Shown: positions 1 through 8,484, counted from the stretch's first letter. The stretch is DNA of 32,000 nucleotides from an uncultured Clostridia bacterium (GCA_934647235.1 CAKUFG010000026.1:1-32000); one strand, 5' to 3'. A program made the numbers and translations. Notes: a model not told the origin generated them from the sequence alone.

Positions 1-58
1 CGGCTGTCCCTGTAACTGAAACATCAAACGACAAAACAAGAAAAGGAGAACAACAACT

Positions 59-724
59 ATGCAGGCTCTTATTGAAACGCTTTTTGACGCTGTCTATCTG
101 GTATCTGTTATCACCATCGGCATTCTGATGATTCGCGGAAGCAAGGGAAACAAGCAGTTCTGTCTGTTCGGTCTGATGGCGGTTGTGCTGGGCGCGGGCG
201 ACTCTTTCCACCTGATTCCCCGTGCGCTGGCACTCTGCACGACGGGGCTTGAGAACTACACCGTGCCGCTGGGACTGGGCAAGTGGATTACTTCTGTGAC
301 GATGACCATCTTCTACGTGCTGCTCTACTATGTGTGGCGTCAGCGTTACCAGATTAAGGGCAAGGGCATCCTGACTGCCGCGGTTTATGCGCTGGCTGCC
401 GTGCGTGTCGTGCTGTGCATGATGCCGCAGAACCAGTGGCTGAGTGCGAACGCGCCGCTCTCCTGGGGCATCTACCGCAACATTCCGTTTGCGCTGATGG
501 GTCTGCTGATTATCGTGCTGTTCTACCGCAGCGCGAAGGAAAATAACGATGCGTCCTTCCGCTGGATGTGGCTGACTATCGTGCTGAGCTTTGGCTTCTA
601 TATCCCGGTCGTGCTGTGGGCGGACGCCATCCCGATGATCGGCATGCTGATGATCCCGAAGACCTGCGCCTACGTTTGGACGGTTTTGATCGGCTTCTTC
701 GCGATGAAGAAGGAATGCAAGTAA
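59..724 (+). CDS. multi-pass integral membrane protein, function unknown
   Basis: 221-aa ORF with ATG at 59 and AAAAGGAGA about 9 nt upstream. It has roughly 6-7 hydrophobic segments and GC-rich codon usage like the core genes. Confidence 0.75.
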   Translation: MQALIETLFDAVYLVSVITIGILMIRGSKGNKQFCLFGLMAVVLGAGDSFHLIPRALALCTTGLENYTVPLGLGKWITSVTMTIFYVLLYYVWRQRYQIKGKGILTAAVYALAAVRVVLCMMPQNQWLSANAPLSWGIYRNIPFALMGLLIIVLFYRSAKENNDASFRWMWLTIVLSFGFYIPVVLWADAIPMIGMLMIPKTCAYVWTVLIGFFAMKKECK

Positions 725-1014
725 GAAGCGGAAAATGGCAGCTGTCCTTTGGGTGTCTTCACATATGCTTGGTTTTATGCACAAGGTTGCATATATGCTG
801 CTTATGGTAGATTACGGTTGCTATGTCGATGGGAACGATTGAAAAGATTGAAAGGAACAGATTCAACAACTGATAATGTCGTGATGCATATTGCCGAAGC
901 GTCATCAAACTTATCATTGCAAGCTGGAATGCTTTTTGCCGGATGAAAACCTTGTTATTCTTACGATGATATCATAAACGCCTCAAGGGTTATGCAAGCC
1001 TCGGCTATAGTGTT

Positions 1015-1473
1015 TTGACCGAGCAGGATGCTGCTCCCGGCAGTGACGTGATTTATGATCAAGTTACCTTCCAGAACAGATTTCTGCAGGATATCGCGCA
1101 GGCAAGACAGTCCGTATTGATCTTCAGCCCGCTTGCCACGCCAAGACGAGTTCAGTGGCTTGCAGCTGCGCTTGAACAATGTGCGCAAAAACGGATTTCT
1201 GTGACTGTTGTGATGCGTTCGGCGGAATCATTGCCGGAGCGCTCTCGCAAGTCAGCGCAGATCGCCGTCGAGCGCCTGAAAAGCCAGAACTGTTCGTTGA
1301 TTTTTCAGTCAGACATTCATCAGAAATATGCAATCATCGATGACTGCATCGTCTGGTACGGCAGCATCAATCTGCTCAGCTTCGGCTCATCGCAGGAAAG
1401 CATGATGCGGCTGGTCAGCGGCAGCATCGCCCATGAACTTATGAAAACGGAGGCATTCAATGAAAATCACTGA
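1015..1473 (+). CDS. PLD-superfamily (single HKD motif) nuclease-domain protein, probably a 5'-truncated remnant
   Basis: Complete HxKxxxxD-x6-GSxN signature (HQKYAIIDDCIVWYGSIN) at 1318-1371. The frame is open only from 970. The only candidate start is TTG 1015, and it has no Shine-Dalgarno. The context is AT-rich. Confidence 0.6.
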   Translation: MTEQDAAPGSDVIYDQVTFQNRFLQDIAQARQSVLIFSPLATPRRVQWLAAALEQCAQKRISVTVVMRSAESLPERSRKSAQIAVERLKSQNCSLIFQSDIHQKYAIIDDCIVWYGSINLLSFGSSQESMMRLVSGSIAHELMKTEAFNENH

Positions 1474-1981
1474 ACTGAAAAGGCAATTAAACGCCATGGA
1501 TAAAGCAGAGCTGATTTCCATGCTGTGCAAGCTTTATAAAGCAAACAAGCAGTGTCAGGCAATCCTTGATGTGGAGGTGTGCGGTGCGTCCGCGGAAGCT
1601 CCACTCATCGAATCGTGCAGGAAGAAAATCCACGCCGCTTTCTTCGGGAGACAGTTGTCGCTAAAAAACGCACGCACCGTAATCAACGATTTTCGAAAAG
1701 CATCGCAAAATAAAGAGAGTATCGCAGATCTGATGCTCTATTATGTCGAATGCGGCGTTGAGTTTACAAACCTTTACGGGGATATCGACGAACGCTTTTA
1801 TTCCAGCCTGGAATCCATGTTTGCCGATTTTGTCATGCTCCTCAACAGCATGGAGAACGACTCGTTCTATCGCAGGCAATCGAAGCGTATTCGAGCAGTC
1901 TTTGAAGATACACGCAATATCGGATGGGGATTTTCCGATGAAATAGCAAGAATTTATTTTGATATATGTTTTTTGACGTGA
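1460..1981 (+). CDS. hypothetical helical protein (resembles the DUF6155 family from memory, unverified)
   Basis: 173-aa ORF with ATG at 1460 and ACGGAGG 6 nt upstream. It overlaps the upstream PLD ORF by 14 nt. The N-terminus (ITELKRQLNAMDKAELISML) is SAP/HeH-like. Confidence 0.6.
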   Translation: MKITELKRQLNAMDKAELISMLCKLYKANKQCQAILDVEVCGASAEAPLIESCRKKIHAAFFGRQLSLKNARTVINDFRKASQNKESIADLMLYYVECGVEFTNLYGDIDERFYSSLESMFADFVMLLNSMENDSFYRRQSKRIRAVFEDTRNIGWGFSDEIARIYFDICFLT

Positions 1982-2466
1982 TTCACGGCCGCAGATAAGA
2001 AAAAGAAGCGGAGAAGCAACATTGAATCGGCTGAGAACGGCATTCGGCGGAAGAAGACTCGGTACGGGACTAAAAACACCATCTCTGAACGAGACTGCCA
2101 AGAATAGACTACTCCTCCGCTTAAGTAGTCTATTCTCTACTATACCGTATTTGAACGACTCTCCGCCTGCAAACGACCACGGTTGGGCCAGTAAAATTAT
2201 AAAGTGAGTGAGTTTCAGGCGTTATTTTGCGATGCTTTGGACGAAACCTCGCATTGTGGACGATACCCTGTTATCGTCCAAAGTAGGGTGCATTCCATGA
2301 TAAATCTCTGATTTCGACCCTGAAAAGCAGCCATGAGCAGACTAAAAAGGGGTGGAAAGCGGAAACTTCTATCTGGCAAAATGACGTTAAGCAGCCCTTT
2401 TCTTGCGTCCATAACCCGCATTTGGTGGTTATAATCTGAATTCTGATGTTTTATAAGTCTATATAT

Positions 2467-2508
2467 GCAAAAAGAAATCCTCATGCTTTGTATCAAAACA
2501 CGAGGACT
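2467..2508 (-). terminator. rho-independent terminator of tRNA-Leu
   Basis: On the minus strand AGUCCUCGUG pairs with CAUGAGGAUU: a 10-bp stem with 2 GU pairs that exist only on this strand. The loop is 13 nt and UCUUUUUGC follows. Confidence 0.7.
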
Positions 2509-2512
2509 TAGT

Positions 2513-2597
2513 TGGTGCGGCCGACGAGACTTGAACTCGTACAGGTTTCCCTACACGCCCCTCAAACGTGCGCGTATGCCGATTCCGCCACGGCCGC
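2513..2597 (-). tRNA. tRNA-Leu (anticodon GAG), class II, CCA encoded
   Basis: 85 nt, hand-folded. Acceptor GCGGCCG/CGGCCGC, D stem GCG/CGC, anticodon stem CACGT/GCGTG with loop TTGAGGG. There is a long variable arm, T arm ACGAG-TTCAAGT-CTCGT, and discriminator A followed by CCA. Confidence 0.9.
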
Positions 2598-2617
2598 ATG
2601 CTTTCACAACGAGGTAT

Positions 2618-2646
2618 ATTATATAATACTCATGGCCAATTGTCAA
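2618..2646 (-). promoter_or_regulatory. sigma-70 type promoter of tRNA-Leu
   Basis: On the minus strand TTGACA (2646-2641), an exact 17-nt spacer and TATAAT (2623-2618). It lies about 20 nt upstream of the mature tRNA 5' end. Confidence 0.65.
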
Positions 2647-2729
2647 CCAATTTTTTGCAGGCCCCGCATTGCCCCGATTCCCGGACGAAGGGGGGGCTTG
2701 CTCCCCCTTCATCCAGGCCAAAAGCGCTT

Positions 2730-3887
2730 TTACTGCTCCGACGTCAGCTCCCGGGCCAGGGCGGCGATCTGCGCGCGGCTGTCGTCGCTCAGGGCTGACA
2801 GGATGCGCACCGTATTCTCAGCATAGGTCAGGCCCTTGCAGCCCTCCAGCATCCTCTGCATCACCTTGGCCGCCATGGGCGCCCAGGTGCCGTTTTCCAC
2901 CAACGCGACGGTGCGGCTGCGATAGCCGCGCTCGGTCAGATGCTCAATAAAGGCGCGCATGCATGGGAACACATCAGCATTGTAGGTGCTGCTGCACAGC
3001 ACCAGCTGATCGTAGCGGAAAGCGTCCGCCACCGCCTGGGGCAGATCGCAGCGCGCCAGATCATACAGCACTGCCGTGCGCCCCGCGGCGCGCAGCTGCG
3101 CGGCCAGCTCCTGCGCGGCGGCCCAGGTATGGCCATATATGCTGGCGCAGGCGATCACCGTGCCGGAAGCCTCGGGCACATAGCCCGACCAGCACTGATA
3201 CAGATGCAGATAGTGCGCCAGATTCTCGCGCAGCACGGGGCCGTGCAGCGGGCAGATTGCGGCGATATCCAGCGCCGCAGCCTTTTTGAGCAGCGATTGC
3301 ACCTGCGCGCCGTATTTGCCTACGATGCCGATATAGTAGCGCCGGGCCTCGTCGTCCCAGGGCTCGTCCGCATCCAGCGCGCCAAACTTGCCAAAGCCAT
3401 CGGCGGAGTAAAGAATTCTATCTGCCGCATCATAGGTAACGATTACCTCGGGCCAGTGCACCATGGGCGCAGCAACAAAGGACAGCGTATGCTTGCCCAG
3501 GGACAGGGTATCGCCCTCGCCAACGACGATGCGGCGCTGGGCGTAATCCTGGCCGTAGAACTGGCGCATCATGGTAAAGGCCTTGGCGCTGGATACCACG
3601 CGCGCGGCAGGATAGCGCGCCATAAAGGCGTTGATGTTGGCCGAGTGATCGGGCTCCATGTGCTGCACCACCAGATAATCGGGCGTGCGGCCATCCAGCG
3701 CAGCTTCCAGATTGCTCAGCCACTGCGCGCCAAAGCGCGCGTCCACCGTATCCATCACGGCGATCTGCTCATCCAGGATCACATAGGAATTGTAGCTCAT
3801 GCCGTTGGGCACATGATATTGGCCTTCAAACAGATCGACCTCGTGGTCGTTTACGCCGATATAGCGCACATCGTTTGAGATTTCCAT
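2730..3887 (-). CDS. fprA: FprA-family A-type flavoprotein (flavodiiron protein: metallo-beta-lactamase-like plus flavodoxin domains)
   Basis: 385 aa. The N-terminus MEISNDVRYIGVNDHEVDLFEGQY and the diiron motif HMEPDHS are typical of the family. The C-terminal half is flavodoxin-like. Confidence 0.9.
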   Translation of the reverse strand: MEISNDVRYIGVNDHEVDLFEGQYHVPNGMSYNSYVILDEQIAVMDTVDARFGAQWLSNLEAALDGRTPDYLVVQHMEPDHSANINAFMARYPAARVVSSAKAFTMMRQFYGQDYAQRRIVVGEGDTLSLGKHTLSFVAAPMVHWPEVIVTYDAADRILYSADGFGKFGALDADEPWDDEARRYYIGIVGKYGAQVQSLLKKAAALDIAAICPLHGPVLRENLAHYLHLYQCWSGYVPEASGTVIACASIYGHTWAAAQELAAQLRAAGRTAVLYDLARCDLPQAVADAFRYDQLVLCSSTYNADVFPCMRAFIEHLTERGYRSRTVALVENGTWAPMAAKVMQRMLEGCKGLTYAENTVRILSALSDDSRAQIAALARELTSEQ

Positions 3888-3915
3888 GGTTGTTTTCCTC
3901 CTGTCTTTTGAAAAA

Positions 3916-4635
3916 TCACAAGGGCGTCAGCAGCGGCGGAATGCGCTTTTCCAGCCGCGATTCCAGATAGGCCTGCAGCAGTGGCAGCGGCGCATCCTCG
4001 GGCGGCAGCCCGCCGCGCACACCCTGGGCCAGCGCCTCGGCCAGCCAGGCGCGCTCGGCGGGCGAAAGCATGGCTCCGCGCCGCGATTGCCCGGCGCAGC
4101 GCTCACACACCACGCCGCCCTGTTCGATATCAAACAGCGCGCCGCCCTCCTCCGGCAGCTTTTCGCCGCACTGCACGCAGTGGTTCAGGCGCGGCCGGTA
4201 GCCCATGGCGACGGCATAGTGCAGCAGAAACACGGACAGCACCTTGCGCGGCGCGACGCTTTGATAGCTCAGGCACCCCAGCGCCCGCGCCAGCAGCAGG
4301 AAGGGACGGCGCGCATCCTCCTCCGGCTGCACGGTGGCCTCGCACACATTGGCCATGTAGGCGGCGCAGGATAGCTTGTCGATATCCATCCGCAGGGGAT
4401 AAAAGCTGTCCGTCAGCAGGCAGCCGGTGATCACGCAGTGGTTCCTGCTGCCCAGCAGCTCGTAATTGGCCAGCGTAAACACTTCGCTGCCCGGCAGCAG
4501 GGGGGATCTGGGGCGCTTGCAGCCGCGGGACAGCGCGTCCACGCGCCCGCGCGGGGTCAGCAGGGTGAGCATGCGGTCGTTCTCGCGGTAATCCGCGTGC
4601 CGCAGCACAATGCCCTCGATGGAATAGGACGCCAT
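3916..4635 (-). CDS. recO: DNA repair protein RecO
   Basis: OB-fold N-terminus (IEGIVLRHADYRENDRMLTLLT) and C-terminal CxxC..CxxC zinc motif (CVQCGEK...VCERC). I chose the start at MASYS (ATG 4635), not the upstream in-frame extension. Confidence 0.85.
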   Translation of the reverse strand: MASYSIEGIVLRHADYRENDRMLTLLTPRGRVDALSRGCKRPRSPLLPGSEVFTLANYELLGSRNHCVITGCLLTDSFYPLRMDIDKLSCAAYMANVCEATVQPEEDARRPFLLLARALGCLSYQSVAPRKVLSVFLLHYAVAMGYRPRLNHCVQCGEKLPEEGGALFDIEQGGVVCERCAGQSRRGAMLSPAERAWLAEALAQGVRGGLPPEDAPLPLLQAYLESRLEKRIPPLLTPL

Positions 4636-4639
4636 GCAA

Positions 4640-5440
4640 TCAGCTCCCTGTGGAACGGTAGCGGCGCAGGCCGCGATAGAAAACAAACGTCATCAGTCCC
4701 AGAAACGCAAAGCCGCTCAGCGGCGCAAGCAGCGACCAGCCTGCGCCCGCGCCCCAGAGGGGCTTATCCAGGATATACGAAGCGGGCAGATGCGTGGTCA
4801 GGGCGAAGGGCGCGACAAGCGTGAACAGCAGCTGCAGCCCCCTTGGATAGATATCGATGGGATACTGGCAGGTGCTGCGCCCGCCGTAGGTGAGGATATT
4901 GACGAGCTCAATGCGCTTGACGGAGAAGAAGGACAGCGTGGCCTCGATAAGAAACAGCCCGCACACCAACGCCATGCCGCCCAGAATGGCCCAGATCAGC
5001 AGCAGCACCTTGAAGGCCGTCCAGTGAATCTGCGCGTTTACGCTGCCCAGAACCAGCGCCAGCACGCCGATCAGAATGGCGCCGAAGCGGCGGGGGTCGG
5101 CGCGGCTGCAGATCACCTGAAACAGCACGCCGCGCGGGCGGATGAGCATGCTGTCCAGATCGCCCTGCGCAATCAGCGGCGGGAACTGCGTGATGCCGCG
5201 CGCAAAGCACTCGCACAGGTAAAACGATGTGGAGATGACCCCGAAGAAGAACAGGATTTCCCCTCGGTTCCACTGGCCCAGCACGGAAAAGCGATCCATC
5301 AGGATCAGCACGGCCAGCAGCTCGGTCGTCATCATCACCAGCTGGGTGAAGGTCTGCATCAAAAAGGACGCGCGATACTGCATCTGGCTGCGTATCAGCA
5401 TGCGGCAGGATTTGAAATACAGGCAAAGTGAATTGATCAT
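4640..5440 (-). CDS. ABC-2 type transporter permease (second of two paralogous permeases)
   Basis: 266 aa from MINSLCLYFK, six hydrophobic segments, GGAGGCTGAGCGGC before the ATG. It starts 5 nt after the upstream permease stop. Confidence 0.8.
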   Translation of the reverse strand: MINSLCLYFKSCRMLIRSQMQYRASFLMQTFTQLVMMTTELLAVLILMDRFSVLGQWNRGEILFFFGVISTSFYLCECFARGITQFPPLIAQGDLDSMLIRPRGVLFQVICSRADPRRFGAILIGVLALVLGSVNAQIHWTAFKVLLLIWAILGGMALVCGLFLIEATLSFFSVKRIELVNILTYGGRSTCQYPIDIYPRGLQLLFTLVAPFALTTHLPASYILDKPLWGAGAGWSLLAPLSGFAFLGLMTFVFYRGLRRYRSTGS

Positions 5441-5445
5441 GCCGC

Positions 5446-6237
5446 TCAGCCTCCCTGTATTACGATGCGCCGCAGCGTATGCCGCCACAGCATCCGGCCG
5501 ATCAGCACCAGCAGCGCAATCCAGAAAGCCTGCATCAGCGCGATCTGCGGAAAGCTGCGCAGCGCGTACTCGCCCGTATACAGGCGGATGGGCGCATCCA
5601 GAATCTGCGCGAAGGGCTGCCATTGGATAAAGCGCTGCCAGCGGTCGGGAAACAGCGTCAGCGGAATGATGTTGCCGCACAGAAACAGAATCAGAAAGGT
5701 AATGACGGCGTTTACCCCGCGGCTGTCCAGCGTGACCAGCACCAGCCCGGCGCTGATGTTGGACAGCGCGGTTACGGCGACCAGCCCCAGCAGGAGCGAC
5801 AGAAGCGAGAGCATCAGCGCACCAGCGCTGGCAGGCGCGGACAGGCCGACGCCTGCGGGCAGCAGCGCCGCAATCAGCAGCAGCGGGAAGGCGCGCATCA
5901 GCGCGCCCACCAGCTTCATGGCCAGGTTGCGCGCAAACCAGAAGCTGTACTGATCCACCGGGCGCACCAGCTGGTAGGCCATATCGCCCTTGATGATGGC
6001 GGCAGTCAGCGTGTTGTCGTCCGCGCAGACCATGCGGAAAAACGCCTGCTGAATCCACACATAGGTGGCCGTGGAGGCCAGCGTGGCCAGATCGGCGCGC
6101 GCGCCGTACAGCGCGCGATAGAGATACACCAGGATCAGCCCGAAAAACAGCTGCGTGGCCAGCCCGCTCAGGGCGGCGGCGCGATACTGCGTTTCCATCT
6201 TGGCGCGCATCAGGAAAGCGGCCCAATAGGTTTTCAT
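5446..6237 (-). CDS. ABC-2 type transporter permease (first of two)
   Basis: 263 aa, polytopic. Its start overlaps the stop of the ATPase gene as ATGA. Confidence 0.8.
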   Translation of the reverse strand: MKTYWAAFLMRAKMETQYRAAALSGLATQLFFGLILVYLYRALYGARADLATLASTATYVWIQQAFFRMVCADDNTLTAAIIKGDMAYQLVRPVDQYSFWFARNLAMKLVGALMRAFPLLLIAALLPAGVGLSAPASAGALMLSLLSLLLGLVAVTALSNISAGLVLVTLDSRGVNAVITFLILFLCGNIIPLTLFPDRWQRFIQWQPFAQILDAPIRLYTGEYALRSFPQIALMQAFWIALLVLIGRMLWRHTLRRIVIQGG

Positions 6238-7196
6238 AGCGCCATCTCCTGATACATGTCGGCGATCATGCGATCCATGCTGCGCTCGTGCAGCGTCAGC
6301 TCCGCGATGGGGCCGGCGCTTTGCAGAAGGGATAGGATATGATCAGTGGGCACCTGCTGCTGCGGATAGGCCAGCACATAGAAATCGCCGTCGCGGCTGA
6401 TCTGCACGCTTTCCGGCAGCGCAGGCAGGGTGATCTCCCCGGCATAGCGCACACGCAGCGTGCGCATCGTGTCATAGCGCGCAAGCAGCGCGGGCAGCTC
6501 GCCGTCAAACAGCTTTTTGCCGTGCCCCAGCACCAGCACGCGGCGGCACAGGGCCGAGATATCCTCCATATCGTGCGTGGTCAGCATGATGGTGGTGCCA
6601 TGCGCGTGGTTTTCGCTCAGCAGGAAATCGCGCAATTGCAGCTTGCTTACCGCGTCCAGGCCGATGGTCGGCTCATCCAGGAACAGAAGCCTGGGCGAAT
6701 GCAGCAGGCTGCCGCCCAGCTCCGCGCGCATGCGCTGCCCCAGACTGAGCAGCCGCAGCGGGGTATGCAGAAAATCGCCCAGCGACAGCGCGTCGGTCAG
6801 CTCGCTCAGACGCTGCTGATACTGCGCCTCGGGCACGCGGTAGATATCGCGAAGCAGCTGATAGCTGTCGATTACCGGCACATCCCACCATAGCTGAGAG
6901 CGCTGGCCGAACACCACGCCGATGCTTTGCGCGTGCTGCCTGCGGCTTTGCCAGGGGACCAGGCCGCCCACCGTGGCTGTGCCATCGTCGGCGGTCAGGA
7001 TGCCGCACAGCAGCTTTACCGTGGTGCTTTTGCCCGCGCCGTTGGGGCCGATATAGCCCAGCAGCTCGCCCTGCTCTACCTGGAAGGAAACATGATCAAG
7101 CGCGCAGACCGTGCTTTTTTCGCGCAGCAAATGACCGTCTCGCTTTTTGCGGACGGTAAAGGTCTTTGTCAGACCTTGAACGTCAATATACGGCAT
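6234..7196 (-). CDS. ABC transporter ATP-binding protein
   Basis: Walker A GPNGAGKST, signature LSLGQRMR, Walker B LLFLDEPT, H-loop TTHDM. Confidence 0.92.
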   Translation of the reverse strand: MPYIDVQGLTKTFTVRKKRDGHLLREKSTVCALDHVSFQVEQGELLGYIGPNGAGKSTTVKLLCGILTADDGTATVGGLVPWQSRRQHAQSIGVVFGQRSQLWWDVPVIDSYQLLRDIYRVPEAQYQQRLSELTDALSLGDFLHTPLRLLSLGQRMRAELGGSLLHSPRLLFLDEPTIGLDAVSKLQLRDFLLSENHAHGTTIMLTTHDMEDISALCRRVLVLGHGKKLFDGELPALLARYDTMRTLRVRYAGEITLPALPESVQISRDGDFYVLAYPQQQVPTDHILSLLQSAGPIAELTLHERSMDRMIADMYQEMAL

Positions 7197-7198
7197 GG

Positions 7199-7471
7199 TT
7201 ATTGCCTCTGCCGGAGGGTTTCCTCATCCTCCTCCAGCACACGGTACATTTCCGCCGCGCTTTCCTTGCGCACCACCTCGCGCACATCGGTAATCTGATA
7301 TCGTCCCAGGCGCGCGCCAAAGCGAATTTCCAGCACGTCGCCCTCCTTTACTTCGGCTCCGGCCTTCGCAACCTTTCCGTTGATGGATACGCGGCCGCCG
7401 TCACAAGCCTCCTTCGCTACGGTGCGGCGCTTGATGATGCGCGACACCTTCAGGTATTTATCCAGTCTCAT
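7199..7471 (-). CDS. rqcP: S4-domain RNA-binding protein, YabO/RqcP (Hsp15-like ribosome quality-control factor)
   Basis: MRLDKYLKVSRIIKRRTVAKEACDGGRVSINGKVAKA closely matches my recollection of the B. subtilis YabO N-terminus. AAGGAG lies 7 nt before ATG 7471. Confidence 0.8.
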   Translation of the reverse strand: MRLDKYLKVSRIIKRRTVAKEACDGGRVSINGKVAKAGAEVKEGDVLEIRFGARLGRYQITDVREVVRKESAAEMYRVLEEDEETLRQRQ

Positions 7472-7481
7472 AGAGAACTCC

Positions 7482-8363
7482 TTATTTAATTTTCTTGAAG
7501 TTGCCAAGCGTTTCGTTTACGCTGGAAACGCAGGCGAAGGTATCGGGATACTGGCTGATGATCTTGGTAAACTCGGTAATCTGATGCTTATTGATGATGC
7601 AGATGAGCATGGTTTTGCCCTGATGGGAATAGCCGCCTTCTGCGTGGATAATGGTGGCGCTGTGGCGCAGATCGCGGATGACGTGCTGGGTGATTTCATC
7701 GGGGTGGGCGGTAATCATTTCCACCTTCAGGGCTTCCTTGCCGCCCTTGAGGATAGAATCGCTCACGCGGGTGGTCAGGTAGCAGTAGACCACGCACAAT
7801 ATCACCGGCTCAATCTTGAAATCGTATACAAAATACGAAATGCCGGCTACGCACAGGTTGATGGCAAAGGTGATGTGCACCATGGAAAACTCGGGCTTTC
7901 TTTTGTGGATCATGGCCGATACGTAATCCATGCCGCCCGTGCTGCCGCCATGCTTGATGGAATTGGCAAAGATAAAGCCGTTGATGGTGCCCGCAGCCAC
8001 GGGAGCAAGAATCGTGCTGCGGCCGTCGCTTGTGTGATACATGAAGCGGCGAACGTCGATGATGTTGTTCTGCATCAGAAGCAGCGTGCCGGAGAAAACC
8101 AGCACGTTTACCAGCGTTTTCAGGGCAAAGTCGCGGTCAACACGCCAGAATGCCATGGCGAAGAGGGGAATATTGATGAGCAGCGACATGTAACCAACGC
8201 TGAAGTTGAACACGTACTGAATCATCGTGTTGATGCCGCCCAGCCCTGCGGGGGCGAAGGCATTGTTGAGAATGAATACCTGATAGTTGAGCGCCATCAG
8301 CATGGCCAACGCCGCCACGATGATGTAGTCCATTACCTGCGAACGCTTTTGAGACACGGGCAT
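7482..8363 (-). CDS. YitT-family membrane protein (with DUF2179 C-terminal domain)
   Basis: 293 aa with a polytopic N-terminal part and a soluble C-terminal domain (ITAHPDEITQHVIRDLRHSATIIHAEGGYS) typical of the YitT family. Confidence 0.85.
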   Translation of the reverse strand: MPVSQKRSQVMDYIIVAALAMLMALNYQVFILNNAFAPAGLGGINTMIQYVFNFSVGYMSLLINIPLFAMAFWRVDRDFALKTLVNVLVFSGTLLLMQNNIIDVRRFMYHTSDGRSTILAPVAAGTINGFIFANSIKHGGSTGGMDYVSAMIHKRKPEFSMVHITFAINLCVAGISYFVYDFKIEPVILCVVYCYLTTRVSDSILKGGKEALKVEMITAHPDEITQHVIRDLRHSATIIHAEGGYSHQGKTMLICIINKHQITEFTKIISQYPDTFACVSSVNETLGNFKKIK

Positions 8364-8398
8364 ACGCAGTTCCTCCTTTGCCGGTAAAGCAGCGCTTC

Positions 8399-8427
8399 AT
8401 TATAGCACCGGCAGGCATGGCTGTAAA
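8399..8427 (-). promoter_or_regulatory. sigma-70 type promoter upstream of yitT (head of the tightly packed yitT..fprA gene string)
   Basis: On the minus strand TTTACA (8427-8422), a 17-nt spacer ending in TGC, then TATAAT (8404-8399), giving an extended -10. Confidence 0.55.
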
Positions 8428-8484
8428 CCGGTTTCAATAAATATCCTGTGGTCATTTCAGCAAAGCCCGCAGGCTTACGCTGTC

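Noticed and set aside
2089-2096. ACGAGACT, identical to 8 nt of the tRNA-Leu 3' half, considered as a possible att-site direct repeat marking an island integrated into the tRNA.
   Set aside because: Only 8 nt match and the flanks do not. The tRNA also keeps its own promoter and an immediately adjacent terminator (2467-2508), which argues against integration into its 3' end.
2215-2496. 93-aa minus-strand ORF containing LLWTITGYRPQCE, which faintly resembles the TGxRxxE box of tyrosine recombinases. It could be an integrase remnant next to the tRNA.
   Set aside because: The Arg-to-Glu spacing is off by one. No downstream HxxR or catalytic Tyr region appears in any frame. The ORF start would lie inside the tRNA terminator. 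Only a sensitive profile search could rescue it.
2687-2710. GC-rich hairpin GAAGGGGG..CCCCCTTC just downstream of the fprA stop, considered as the fprA terminator.
   Set aside because: The stem is clear but no U-tract follows on either strand, so I did not list it as a terminator. It may still act as a Rho-dependent pause or RNA-stability element.
3916-4686. Upstream in-frame extensions offered by the ORF track for recO (4686), glyA (13317), ppa (20297), rqcP (7507), the 323-aa secreted protein (24501), the Cys-repeat protein (22808) and the small membrane protein (18900).
   Set aside because: In each case an internal ATG is preceded by a GGAGG-type Shine-Dalgarno at 5-10 nt and begins at the conserved family N-terminus or signal peptide. 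The extensions lack a Shine-Dalgarno or overlap upstream genes or terminators.
4640-6226. 528-aa ORF that would fuse a 262-aa N-terminal extension to the second ABC-2 permease.
   Set aside because: The extension lies in a different frame of the same DNA that encodes the first permease (5446-6237). It translates to an Arg/Ala/Gly-rich non-membrane sequence. A Shine-Dalgarno and ATG at 5440 give a normal 266-aa permease.
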